Assembly (NCBI GenBank): GCA_905178155.1
Contig: CAJINV010000004.1
Location: forward strand, 690,629-754,628
From: Amoebophrya sp. A120
Lineage: Eukaryota; Protista; Dinoflagellata
Reading direction: 5' to 3'
DNA: 64,000 nt
In this document: positions 10,801-22,900 of the stretch, in pieces
Numbering within the stretch: position 1 is the stretch's first letter
Layout of the letters: every line of letters starts with the position of its first letter
Position numbers and translations under genes: made by a program
The notes under the pieces: generated by a model
Told to the model about the DNA's origin: nothing
The model's database searches: none
The model's input: the letters and a program-made list of their open reading frames with translations, nothing else

Positions 10801-13800
10801 TATTCGATTCCACCTGCTTCTGAAAAGCCAAAAACTTCTTGGGTTGTTGTAATTTCTATCAATGCAATACTTCTGCAATGCATATCTTCCACCAGCTGCA
10901 ACACGGGGTCAATGGGCACTACTTCGTCGCGGAAGGGCTTGAAGCCGGGCACGTACCGCTCGCTCTGCTGGGCTTGTATCATTTGTAAAAACGTCCCCAC
11001 CCCATAGCTGTCATGCAAATCTGCATGCTCAAATGCTTTCTCATGCGGAGCCCCATGACAGGCATTCTCTAGGCGATTTTTGGATTTTGTAGCACTCCAA
11101 TCAGCATAATAGGGTAGATCTGTGATGCTGCTGAACAAGCTGAACCGGATTACACTACGAGTCCAAACTTGTCATGCGCAACACCCAAAGCTGACAGATT
11201 TGTCTAGCAGATTCGCCATCTTGACTATGGGGTGGGGAGATTTTTCCTCACAATAGCTTGCGCGGCGTAGTCGTAGTATTCCTGCGCGTACAGGTACGCG
11301 CGCAAATCCACGGAACGGTCACTCTTGCACCGCGCCTCTTTGTTCTCGTAGGCGGGACAGGCGAAGACGGGCGGAAACTCCGCCGCCAGAGCATCTCGCC
11401 GGGCTGCCACCTCGGCCTTGAGAAACGGGAGGCACCGGAGCTTGGACTCGAAGGAGTCCTTCAGAACGAGGGCCGCGTCCACGCAGACGACCGCGTAGTG
11501 CTTGAGTTCCCGGTATGCAATACAAATTTCGCGTACATGCACAAGATGCATCACAAATTTCACCAATTTGGAGTGTGCTGACACTTGTCATGCTAAACTA
11601 GAATCGGAGTCAAGTTTTGTCATGCAGGGGCACCAGCATTTGTACTACGTCTACGTGTACGGGAAATTTACTGTGGATACCCGGAAGGCTTCTTCCTCGG
11701 CGGCATACGGGCCGGTAGAAAAGATTTTCGTGCACGCGGAGAACCGCTGCCGTCCGGTAAAAGGGTCAAAGAACCGGACCCAGGTCGTCACGTTCGTCGC
11801 AGCCTCCCGCTCGACTTCGACCCGCTTCCGCGTCTCTGCTCGCGCGTACCGCGAGATCGTGTCTGCCATGTCGTCTTCCCAAGAAGTAGTTGTAGCAGAA
11901 CCTCCCGTTGTTCCGTCACCACCACCCTGGTTCTTGTAGTCAAGCAGAACGGGATAGCTCGAGCCGTGGTTGCTTGACAACGTGGTGAAGTCGTTCCACC
12001 GCGTGATCGAGGCGTCTGGGGAAATATCGAACAAAAAAGCATTAGCGTTAGCGTTTTCAAATTTTTTCAAACAAGCGAAATTTTTTTCGATTTTGCATGT
12101 TAAGTTAGCAAGTTCACGCTCAGACGAACATCTGTCAGCTAAGTGTGTATCCTTCTCCTCCCGTGCAACAGGAAGCCGGCGCCCCTTCGTATCCTCCAGC
12201 ATTTTGTTGCAGATCCTCTCCGCCGTTGGTCCGTACTTCAGTGCCCAAGCGTTGATGGTGTTATCCACCCGCCATCGGGCTGCCACCATCGTCGCCGGGC
12301 TTTTGCCTGATTTGACCAGGTTCGGGGCAGATTGTAATGCGGGTTTGCATTTCTTTTGGGTGTCTACTGGCGTTTCGTGGCCGAGCCATCAAAAATCTAC
12401 AGATTTGATGGCCAGCTGATGCAAATTTGAGTGGTCAACAGAAAAAACGCTAATGGTGAAATTTTTTTTCCAGCTATAGGTCGCGTCAAAGTCTGTCATT
12501 AGCGTTTTTTACAGGCACCCAAAAAAACGCTAATGCCAAAAATTTTTTTTTAGCGTTAGGTCGTGCCAAACTCCGCCATTAGCGTTTTTTTCCGAACCGC
12601 ACAAAAGCCGCACTTTTTTTGGGCGCCCGGAATAAACGCTAATGCCAGACTTTGGCACGAGCTAATGCTGCAAAAAAAAATTTAGCATTAGCGTTTTTTC
12701 GGGTACCAGGAAAAAACGCTAATGCCAAACTTTGGCACGACCTGTAGCTGGAAAAAAAAGTTTGGTGTTAGCGTTTTTTTTGTGGACCATTCAAATTCGC
12801 CTCTGCTCGGGGGGTCAAAATGACCTCCGAGGACAGAAACGCTAATGCCAGACTTTGGGAAGCTTGATCATCTTGCTCGGGCTCAAGAGCCGCGAGCCAA
12901 AAACGGGTCTCCAGGCACTCCAGGAGCGACGGCTTGTCAGCCCGCCGCATGGTCAGGAGGTCGCGTAGCCGGGAGTCCCTGGAGCCCCAGACATGCGCGC
13001 GGCCAAGCTGTCGCCCAGATCTTTGGCGGTATCATCTCCGATCCGCTCCGCGGCCGAAGAGACTGCTTCCACTGCTTCCAGTTAGCGCGAATCTGTCTGA
13101 ACGGAACACAGCTACCTCACTAGCTAGAATGAAAAAAAATTTGGCTTTCGCCAGCAAATGTCAAAACGCTAACGCTAATGCTTTTTTGTTAGATAGGAAA
13201 CGACGTAGGCCGACAGGGTGATGCTCCACCCGACCGGGAACAGGGCTTGCAAGTCCGTCTCCCAGTCTACGTCGTCAAACCGCAAAGAGTTCGCGTCCGC
13301 GTCCGTGACTAGGAGAACCATAGCGTGGCAAAAGTCCCGGTCCTCGAGGCAGGGCTGCGCCACGGTATCACAGGCAAAACTGTTTTTAAAGAACGGCTTT
13401 ATTCACGCATTTTTGCAGTCATGCATGGCAATGCAAATATATCGTGCATGCTATGCAATACAAATAAAAGTATTTTGGGCACCTTTTCTCTTTATGCATC
13501 AGCATTGATTCATTACTGCATGGCAAATTACGATCTTTGTCTTTCCTTTGATACGCGGTGGTCGGAAAGCCGTCGGGAAAGGACGGTCCCCCGGTCCCGG
13601 CCGCAATCGTGAGCCCGAGAAACGCGGCGGGGGGCAGCGTGTACCACAAATCTACGGACTCAAAGTCGTCTCGCGCGCCCAGCCAGTCGAGCCCCGCCTG
13701 TTTGTTCTCCTCCGTGGCAACCACGAAGTGCACCGAGAACACGTCCCCCCAACTTTCCCTTTCCACGCCGGTGTAGAGAAACAAAGAAAACCGGTCGTGT

Positions 13801-16040
13801 TGGGTGAGCGAGCTGATCGCTTTCTGCACCGCGGTTTTCACCGCGGGCCATTTGCCGCTTTCTAACATCGATCCGCTGCAGTCGATAGCGAAGACCACGT
13901 TCTTGGTGACCCGGTGTTCCAGGCCCTTTTCGTACCACGGTGCTTGTCGCGCGTCGTAGTTTTCCAGCGACGATGTGGCTTTTGGGGCTGGGAGAGGACG
14001 GCGCTCCTGGAGGTCGTGGCTCGAAGTAGCGGAGGTGCTTATTTGCGGCAAAGTTGCATTCGAAACTGCACTTGCTGCGCTAGAAATACCACTAGTGTTC
14101 ATCGCGGGTGCTGATGCATCAGCTAGTAACGAGCTTGGTGGAGGAGGAGGACCACTCGCGGCTGCTGCAAATAAAGCCGCTGCTGGGCGGTTCCTGGAGG
14201 TCTGAACTTCGGTGAAAGACGACGCCACAGTGTGCTGCTCTTCTTCCGCCTCCTCCAGATTCATGTCCACATTCGGCCACTCAACCACTCTCCCAGTGGT
14301 AGCGAACCCGAAGTTGGCGTAAGCGACGTAGGTTGTTGGTCCAGTGTACACTTCTTGTTCGGAGGTCTCATCCCCACCATCTTGCAGCTCATGATCTGGT
14401 GGTCCGAAGTGCTTTACGAAGATTTTTCCGACCTGCGCGGCGACGCAGTCGTCAAAGTTTTTTTCGTCTTGCAAATCGTCCTGCACGCTGCTCACTCCCG
14501 GAAAAATAACCATGGGATCGCGAGTCGTGATCAAGCCGTCCGATGTGATCCGCGCCCCCGTGCTGCTGTAGCGGGGTGATGTCGATTCGTCCCCCTGATC
14601 GTCCACCTGCCAGCGGGCGGGTAGGACGGCAAAGTAGCTTTCTTCCAGCCCGGACCGGTCAAAAAACCCGTCCCCGTCAGACGCCGCGGCGAGGTGGAAA
14701 TTGCCGAGAACAGATACGCCGGATTTTTGCGTTTGTCCTGCAAGAGCAAGATCAGCACTGTCACCAGTGTGGTCACTGCGGAGATCAGGAGTGTTGTCCC
14801 AGTCCCAACCTCCGTAGTTTCCATAATTGTCCCAGTCACCCGTGAGCGGAACGCAAGCAGTTCTTGGACTAGAAGTGCCGACGCTAGAAGCTGCACCAGT
14901 TGCAGCTCCATCGGCATTCGCGTCGCTACATACGCCGAATTTCTCAGCCATGAATCCACTCGGAGAAGTTGTTCGCAGCAGCTCTGCCTTCTGCGCCAGC
15001 GAGGCGGAGGAGTTGGCGTCTCTTTGCACTTTACGACACCCCGTAGCTCTTTCGCTGGTAGTTGACAAGAGCACGGTGTCTTCAATTTCTTTTTTTAATT
15101 GCAAGACCTTTTCCTCCACACGCGTGAGCTGGTCCTGGGTGAAGGTCCGGTGCTGGTCGGTGGTCAGGTTTCTTCTCGCGTAGTACGTGTGGGGAAGGGT
15201 CGTGGTCGTGGTGGAAGTAGTACTGGAATTAGTAGTAGAGTCAGATGAATTGCTTCTACTAGAAGACGAGGAAGCTTGCTGCATAGAGGATTCAGCAGGA
15301 GAAGCAGGTCCTGTTCCTGCTATTAGCTGCATTGACTCGTTTATTGTTGCGTTTGAGGATGTCAATTGCACCACAGTCGAGTAGTTGGTAGCACTAGCAG
15401 TTAAAGCGTTCTTGGTCGCTGTCGTGTCAACATCCTCTTCGGGTTCTCGTACTAGCAGCTGCTGCTGCGAAAGAATCTCCGAATTATGCGCTTGAAGAAG
15501 CCGATCCTGCTGTTCTCGTCTCTGCTGGTGGTCATCTTCAGCAGGGCTGCCCACGACGAGGTGTTTTCCATTTCGATTTCGTTTTCTGCCCTGTTCCTGC
15601 AACATGACTTTATTCGCCCTCTCCCGAAGAAATGAGGACGAAGATGATGATGACGTAGGAGAATCATCTTCCGCAACGTCAAGAAACCCAGGGGCGGTGT
15701 CCACATCTTTTCCGACCACCCCACTCGTGCTCCTGCTTTTCGTCGTGGAGGTGCTCCTTTTAGCAGCTGCTGATCTGGCTTTATTACGTTCATCTTGTGC
15801 AAGAACTGGTGCGCCGGCGGTTTTGTCCTTCTTCAAGCGAAGAGGGTGATGCTGCTGCGCCGCGTTCTTGTATACAGTGTAGCCCGCACAGGTGGGAGGC
15901 GCCACTGAGTGGAATACATAAGAAATGAAAATCAAACAAGAAGCTGGTCGTGTAAATGAAAGATGTCTGCAGGAGCTAGTAGCTCGATATGAACAACCCG
16001 GCTGGGGTCGCCTCGGGCTGTAAAGGAAAAACAAAAACAT
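7843..16040 (-). CDS. Multi-exon type-I membrane protein: vWA domain, DUF2135/YfaP-like domain, Thr-rich stalk, TM helix, charged tail
   Basis: vWA MIDAS motif VVFAIDCSGSM and a later VLLVTD motif. DUF2135-like IRVTLSWSNCNDIDLHVITP..GGKLDVDMN..VENIRW. Poly-Thr at about 8770-8820 and TM helix FLIVALVFCLCTGAALATYLIAV. Exons are joined by removing about 9 elements; the two 3'-most junctions are less certain. Confidence 0.72.
8908..9239 (-). other. Probable non-canonical intron or degenerate introner
   Basis: 7-bp direct repeat ttgcagg at 8901 and 9233, with GCATGACAG/CTGTCATGC inverted motifs. Removal gives in-frame VVGPAKKICIA; boundaries are uncertain. Confidence 0.45.
9273..9409. mobile_element. 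Probable degenerate introner
   Basis: Flanks acgta/acgtg and a short imperfect inverted repeat CTATCTG..CAAC / GTTG..CAGATCG. Removal joins PGHV to DTDTR in frame. Confidence 0.5.
9610..9872. mobile_element. TIR introner, family A (263 bp)
   Basis: TATCAAATGCAAAAATGTCTGGGTCTGGAAG / CTTCCAGACCCAGACATATTTGCAATCCATA; TSD acggc; restores TLRAV-KAAHTF. No GT-AG register exists. Confidence 0.92.
10123..10585. mobile_element. Family A-like introner (463 bp) with an internal hairpin cluster
   Basis: Ends TATGCATTGCAA / TTGCAATGCATA; flanks ttcca/ttcct; restores YWANKE-GDFGGKLDVD. Confidence 0.85.
10362..10420. repeat. Near-perfect palindrome with 29-bp arms and a 1-nt loop
   Basis: ATGAATCGCATAGCGGCTTAACGTTAACC-A-GGTTAACGTTAAGCCGCTTTGCGATTCAT, one mismatch. 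Confidence 0.95.
10712..10884. mobile_element. TIR introner (173 bp)
   Basis: TATCCAGTGCAGAAGTAT / ATACTTCTGCAATGCATA; flanks tcttg/tcttc; restores LVED-AGGQVDNN. Confidence 0.87.
10977..11255. mobile_element. TIR introner, family B (279 bp)
   Basis: TATCATTTGTAAAAACGTCCCCACCCCATAG / CTATGGGGTGGGGAGATTTTTCCTCACAATA; TSD gcttg; restores AAQA-QQSER. Confidence 0.9.
11514..11679. mobile_element. TIR introner (166 bp)
   Basis: TATGCAATACAAATTTCGCGTACA / TGTACGGGAAATTTACTGTGGATA; TSD cccgg; restores EAFR-ELKHY. Confidence 0.9.
12025..13195. mobile_element. Large foldback-like introner (1171 bp)
   Basis: About 33-bp TIR TATCGAACAAAAAAGCATTAGCGTTAGCGTTTT and its reverse complement; perfect TSD ggaaa; internal alternating AAAACGCTAATG / CATTAGCGTTTT array; restores SAYVVS-PDASITRW. 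Confidence 0.92.
13366..13553. mobile_element. TIR introner (188 bp) inside the vWA domain
   Basis: TATCACAGGCAAAAC / GTCTTTCCTTTGATA; flanks cacgg/cgcgg; restores FPTT(V/A)AQPC. Confidence 0.82.
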
Positions 16041-16936
16041 ATTTTGCAAAAAGTACTAAGCGAGCAACCACTTTAGTGAAATTTAGATTTTGGGGAAATA
16101 CAAATAGAAAATCGAAAATCTAGATGTGGTATCTTACTCCTGGTCGTGAGAATTTTTTGCGACACGATGTTTTCGTCGTGATAATTGTCTTTTGATGAGA
16201 GTTCGAGTTGTACGATCAACTAGTCAACATTGCTAAATCGATATCACACACGACAACGCTGTACGAACAAATGGAAAGGTTGAGCTGAAGAAGACCGAAT
16301 CCGAAACACCACCTTTTCATGTTGATTAGGACGAACGAGGTACGAACAAAAACGAACGGCACGACGGCGACGCTACAAATCGAACGGCAAACGGACGTGT
16401 ATTAATTTACGAAAAATCCTATCCTGGAACTGCAGGCAAGATTCTATTGCACGAAGATCAAGAAGATACCGATTTGTGATAAAAAAGTGATCAACTTGTT
16501 AACACGGAATACGAGTGAAGCACGACGATTCTATCTCTAGAAGTTTCGTTTTAAAGTTAAACTTAGACGAAGACGACTGCAATAACAATTCAGCCACTTT
16601 GATGTTCGGGGACAACGCCTCCTGAAACGAACGTATAGACCAAGGAAGTGGGATGCGGGAGAGGAAGGAGTGCCGACGTCGCGGTTTGATATAGGTAGAA
16701 CTTCGCACTTTTGCGAACACCAATGGCAATGATTCGTATTTGCGGCAGTGGAAACAAGCTCTTCGTTTTTTTTAGATCACCTCTGTCGTTGTATTTCAGA
16801 TTCATCGTCATCTACATCTACTAACTTACTTGTCGTTTCAAAAGAAGCTCGCATTTTTTTTACCAAGCGCCGCTGCGGTTGCGAGTGCGACTCTAGCTGC
16901 TTGCCAATTAGGATCTCATAAGCCAGGCCGCCGCGT

Positions 16937-19900
16937 TTACTTGTCTTCTGGTGATTTGTTCTTTGAAGAGTGCTTTGATGTCGCTTTGGATTTCATTGGC
17001 ACTTTCTTATTCGTCTCAGCAGTTGCTTCACAACTTTTGTCCGCAACATCAACGGGAGCAGCGACTTGAGCTTTTTCTTTTTTTGCTTTTTTTGTCGCGT
17101 CACTTTTGGAAGATGAAGCTGGGTCTGCTCCTCCGCGTGAAACCGCTGGCCCACCGTTAGAATTGTTGCGAGCGTTTCTCTTCTTTCCCGTTTGAGCAAC
17201 TACTTCTTGAAGTGCAGCGGAAGCACTTGACGAACTAGCTGCACTGGAAGACGCCGGGACATCATCATTATTTGCAGTAGTTGTTGAAGACGCTTTCTTC
17301 ATTGCTCTCCTGCCAGCGGGCGAAGCACCACGTGCAGTTGGTGCTACCGTATTTCCTTCTGCTTCAGTGTTCATCTTTCTCGAAGTATCTTCACGCTCCA
17401 CCGCTTTAGAAGACGAAAGTGTTGAGCTACCGTCCAGAAGATCTTGAAGATTTTTATCCGCGGATGAAGCAGCTCCTGCTCCGGTGTCCCCGCCTGTGGC
17501 CTTGTTCGCCTTTGCCTTTGGTTTTGCTTTTGGTGACTGCTTAATACCCGTTGCAGGAGTTGTTGCTCTTCGACGACCCGCTTTGGCGTTTTGCGCAGCA
17601 GGCACCACAAGATCATTTGTTCCGCTGCGAGCCGGCTCTTTCGCTGTCGCTTTTTTACCTGCCTCGTCATCTTGCAGGAGCTTGACAGACTTCATAGACT
17701 TGTTCCTTTTTGGAGTGGATGGTTGCGCTGGGGGTGGAGGCATTTTTCTTCCAGAATCTACCTCATGGACCGGAGCCCCCACTGGAGGCGCAGCTTTTGC
17801 TGTAGCACCACGGGTACTGCGACTACGGCTTCTTGCTCCCGCCGACATTATTTTTATTGGTGGCACAGCCGGTTGTGAAGCTTTCGCCTTCGCAGCTTTC
17901 GGCGACGCTGGAACAGAATTTGACTTGGCGCTCGTCTGTTCTTTCCCTTGCAGTTTCATCACCCCACCAGCTGGACTTTTCGGAGATGGTGCGAGAATAG
18001 AAACGCCTGATGAAGATTCTGGCCCATCAGCGGCTAGTACTACTACTGAGGCCCTCCCAGCCTCAGGCTTAGCGGCCTTAGGTGCCTTGGCCTTTGCTTT
18101 TGGCGTACTTGGTGTTTTCCCTTTTTTCAGGTTCTCATTTTCATCTTCGTCGCCGGCGGGGGCTTGCTGTGATCTACTGGATGAGTTCACAACTACCACC
18201 GGAGGAGGGGGGGCCTTTTTGTCTACCTCTACTCCGTCATGCCGATCCAGCAATTCTTGTTTCTCTTTTTTGCGGCGCTTCTTCTTTGAGTCGGCTAATC
18301 CTAATAGTAATACTTCTGCAGGCTCTATTACTCCTTCGTCTACTCCGCGTCCAGATGTTTGTGCCAATGTTGCCGGTTTTGCAGTATTATGTTGTTGAGA
18401 CTTCGCCTCACTGTAGTTGCTTTCGGCGTCCGATACGAACGCTGACCCTTTTCGGCTCCGTTTCATGGGCGTCGCAGACGGAGCTTTTTTACACGAGACG
18501 GAGAAGCGCTTGCTGCTGTTCGGGCGCTTTTCATCTTCGGCGTTTTGCGGTCCTCCTGAATGTGCGATATCGTCTGCCGGTAGCGGAGGTTTATTTGAAG
18601 AACATGGCGCGGCGGGCGTTGATCTTGATGGTACGACGTCCTGCGGTCCTTCTTGTTCAATTTTGGCTTTCTTATTCCGGCGCTTCATGGATGTTGATAT
18701 CGTAGACGCGCTGGATTTGATATCCTCTTGCGCGTCTTGATCTCGCACAACTTGACGATTGCGGTTCCCTATTTCTTTCTTTTTTCCATTGTCGAAGAGG
18801 TCTCCCTCCGCTACAGGTGTAGATCGTGTAGACGTGTTTCTTCTGGTGCGCTTCTTGTTCATCTTCTTGCCGTCAAGGTCAACGCCGGCTGTAGAACTTG
18901 CTGCTTCTTCTGCTTCTGAAAATGAAATTTGTAACTGTGGTGCTACTTCTTCCCCTTCCGGTGCAAGGGCGCCAGCTTTTTGACCTTGCTCGTCTTCGCC
19001 GTCCGACTTCGTCGATTGCTTTTGCGCTTTTGCTTTCTTTACCTGCTGTGTGGCCTTGCCCTTTTTCATACTGGTAGCATAAGAACTTTCATTTTTATGA
19101 GGATCTTCATTTTCGTTTTGAAGAGCCTGAGCTGACGCACGAGCTGCAGCAGCGACGCCGTGACCGTCAGCCAGTTGGTCCGGCTCAACTTCAATATTCG
19201 CCGGCGCGGCCAGGGCCACCTCGTCCTTCTTTTTACCTGCTTGTCCTGGTTCCGCATTCGAGTCCGACATCACCTCCACAACAGAACTCTTCCTACCTCG
19301 CTTCATCGGAGTTTTTCCGGCGGGAGCGTTTTTCATCGGCGTGATGATCATCGTCTTCGTCTTCTTCACTGGGGGAGCTTTTTTGCAGGACACCGAGTAG
19401 CGGCGACCGCCCTTGTCGTTTTGTGAACTACAACTGGACAACTCCTCTCCTGCGCCTCTTTCGGCGTGGTCGGTCTCCGCCAGAAGTTCTTGTTGTGTAG
19501 TTCCTGGTAGTTCGTGTTCTGTCCCTTCATGTTTACTCTTTTCCACCGGGACCTCCTCTTCCCAAACAACCTTGCGCTTATTCTGCTGGCCGCGATCTCC
19601 CCCAGCTGCAACGGAAGTTTGATTGGAAGTAGTCAGGGCCGCTCCTGAACGAAGTAGGTCGCTGCTAGTTCTTTTCAAAGAAGCCGCGGGAGCGTTTTGT
19701 TCTGCTTCTGCACCAATGAGGCTATGACGGAGTCGGAATGTAGGCTCCACCTGCCGTTCGTCGTGGAGCAGCACGGCGGCGGCGGTTGTGGCTTTGGAAC
19801 TCTTGGAAATAGACATCGAGGACGCGGCCGGAACCCTTTCCCTTCCAGTTCCACCTGCCGCATCATCTCCTGCAAGAGCTACATCATGATAAATCGGCAG

Positions 19901-22900
19901 GGAGTATCTCCGACAAAATCCCCACAGACTGGCGCCCCACAGCTTCGCGTCCCTTTCGACGATTCGCAGCCAGATTGCTGGGAATTCGGGTATATCGAGC
20001 CAGGTTTCGGAGAAACAGCTTTCCACCAGACGGAGTAGTTGGTGTTGTGGTCCGCTCGACGGAGTAGAGAAAAACGCTGTCGATGCTGCAGTTGGAGATT
20101 CTCTTGCTTCGTCAAATGTTGAAGACTTGGAAGAGGTTTTTAGGCTACAACTTTTGCTCCGAACTACAAACGGCTGCAGCAGATTCATCAATCGCGTTTT
20201 CGCCGGTGGAGGTCGTATATTTGCAGCTCCTAGTGCACGAGATAGCTGCCTCTCCCCGTCATCGTGAGCGCCACGACCCGGCAAGAAGCTCCTGTTGACA
20301 GCGCTGCGGCCGTCGCTCGTATTCTTCTTCTCCAGCACAGGCCTCCTGCGGGGGCCGACTGCCGCCAGGAGGAGGATTTTCGCGAAGACGACGAGGTGTT
20401 GACCCGAGACTGGTGTACTAGGTGTTGAAGACGATGCTGGGGAAATAGATGCTGCCACTGCAGCTTTTGATTTTGGTGTCCTTGATCCGCTGTCTACCGC
20501 CCAATACAGGCTTTCCAACCGATCACGGTAGATCCCGACGAAGGCCGGGTTTGGACGGCAGGAGGAACTACCCTTGAAGTTCTCCACAGCACAGGCAAAA
20601 TTTGCACGACCCGTGGCTGAGCCCGCTGCACACGTCAGTCTCGTGCCTTCATCTTGTTCGCCCCGTTGGCTGTTCATGTTCTGTGTCGGGGGAGGGAATG
20701 CGATATCATGTTCGTCTTTGTTTTTCCCGTTCAAAAATTCTAGTTCTCCGTCTACAACTTCCAGCGACCCCTTCGGTGCAGCGCCAACTACGCTTTTTCT
20801 CGACGAGAGGCTTTTTCGCCGGGCACCGGGTCCGCCCACAGATAGCCGGCTGTTGCGGCTTTGCGGGTGCACCACGATCGGAGGAGCTGCAGGCTCTACC
20901 TGCGCGACGTCGACTGCTACAGATTGTGGGTTCACTTCTGTGTTCCAAGTTCTTCTTATGTCCAGTTTGTTCTGATTTCCAGATAGCATGAGAAGTTTCA
21001 TTTTCCGCTGCTGCTGCTCAATTTCATAGGCGAACGGTTTGAAAATGAGCGACGCGTCGAGACCGCTGCCACGGGGGGGAGCTGGTACAACTGCTGCAGG
21101 AATTCCATCACGGGACGCGGCTGGAGGTAATATACCACGATCACCTGCCGAACCACCAGAGACAGCACACTGCGTCATCGATAGGGGCACCATGATGTTG
21201 CAAAAAAACCAATCGGGCACCAGCTCCTTGCACAGAATCGCCCCGGTGTCCTTCCTCGTCAGCAGCTCCAGTACCCAGAGCCATGCGCTCGTGGTAGACT
21301 GGACTTGGAGGCACTTCAACAGCGCGGCGAAAAGCCAGGCCAGTTCGGTTTTCTCAAAGTCCTTTCTGGTCTCGTTGGGGGATTTTCGGGTCGTCGTGGA
21401 ACAAACAGAGGTCCTCCGAGGGGCAGGTTTATGTTCTTTTTGGCTGTAGATGCCGTTTGCGGCCTCTTCTCTTTCGTCGCCCTCTAGGTTGTCAACATCT
21501 CCAGGTTTTTTCCAAAACCTCCGTTGTCGCGGCTTCTTGTCTTTACCGCGCTCGGATTTCCGGCGCTTGCGCGGCGGGCCGTCTTGATAAAGCGTATCCG
21601 CGTCATCTCCGAGGCGACTTGCGGTGCCAAAGGTGCTGTCGGACAGGTAGCCGGTCACGTCGGTTTGATTTCCATCGTGGTCCTCGATTTCATCTTCCTC
21701 GTCTGACACAGAGAGGCCGATGATTTTACTATTTGATGAGCGAACGTTTTTGTTTTTCTGCTGCCGCCTCATTTTTCCGTTCAGAATTTCTCGTGCCGGA
21801 TCTCGAAGTTCAATTTCCGTGCCGTCTTTCCGCGAAAGAAGAAATCGTCCCACAAGCGGACTAAACTTCTCTTGCACCTTTTGGTTCCACAAGGTGACGT
21901 CGCGAATTCTGTTAGCACGACCTGAGCCTGCTTTTATGATCATTTCCTTCTTGTTCATTTCCTCCCGCGCTTTCGGCTTCGGGGCGATCTTCTTGCGCGT
22001 CGTTTTCTTTGTGTTGTCGTCCGCCAACAGATCGTCCTCTTCGTCTTCAATGTCGTCGTCAATATTGTCGCTGGCAGCAGCGAGAGATTCTCCATTTTTG
22101 TCACCATCGTGTTCGTCTCCATCTTCTCGAAACAGCGCATCCAGTTCGTCGTCTTGCTCTTCTTCAGGCAGGGCCGTCGCTTGGCCTCTTCCTTGTGCTT
22201 TCTTCCTGCTCTCCAAATCTTCCCGCACCTCGTCCAGCCGATCCTGGTGGTCGCAGTTCAAGACGCACCGGAAGAACAGCGGACTTGCCTCGCAGTCATC
22301 CAAGACTGGAGAACTAGCAACAGTCGCAGTCCCAGCTGCGGGGATATTGCTTCTTGCATTTTCATCACCCGCAGCACCGTGAACAACGTCGTTCCTCTTC
22401 TTTGGGCCCTCCGTTGTTGTGGTCTTATGCCACTCGAGGACTGAAGAATGTTTCCGACCTCCACCACTGTCATTGCAATTATACGACGCATTAACCCATT
22501 TACACACCAGTTTCAAGTAGCCGTCGAGCGTCTGCCCGCGGTTGCGTTTCCCGACCATCGTCTTTTCCTTCAGCCCGGTCTTCACGTATTCGATCAGCAG
22601 GGGTTCGCCGTCGCAATTCTGGAGGATGGAAATCCCCGTCTGCAGCATGGGCTGGAAGGAGAGAAGTCCGTGGGACCGTTTACAGTACTCGAACTTCAAC
22701 TCATCCCCAAACGTGGACGTCAGTCCGTGCATCGCCGACGCCTCCGTGCTGAAGCTGCTGTGGCTGTAGTTTGCGTTGGTCGTCAACGCGAATTTTGCGG
22801 CGGAATCGGATTCGAGGAAGAGAAGATTGGTGCGCGGTAACTCGAACGAACTCACGGCGGGTGGGGGAACTCCTGATGCACAGGAGTGTGAAGTAGAACT

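Noticed and set aside
12025-12289. 5' part of ORF 11651-12289 as host exon
   Set aside because: It lies inside the TIR/TSD-bounded element; the true exon joins upstream at 13196-13200.
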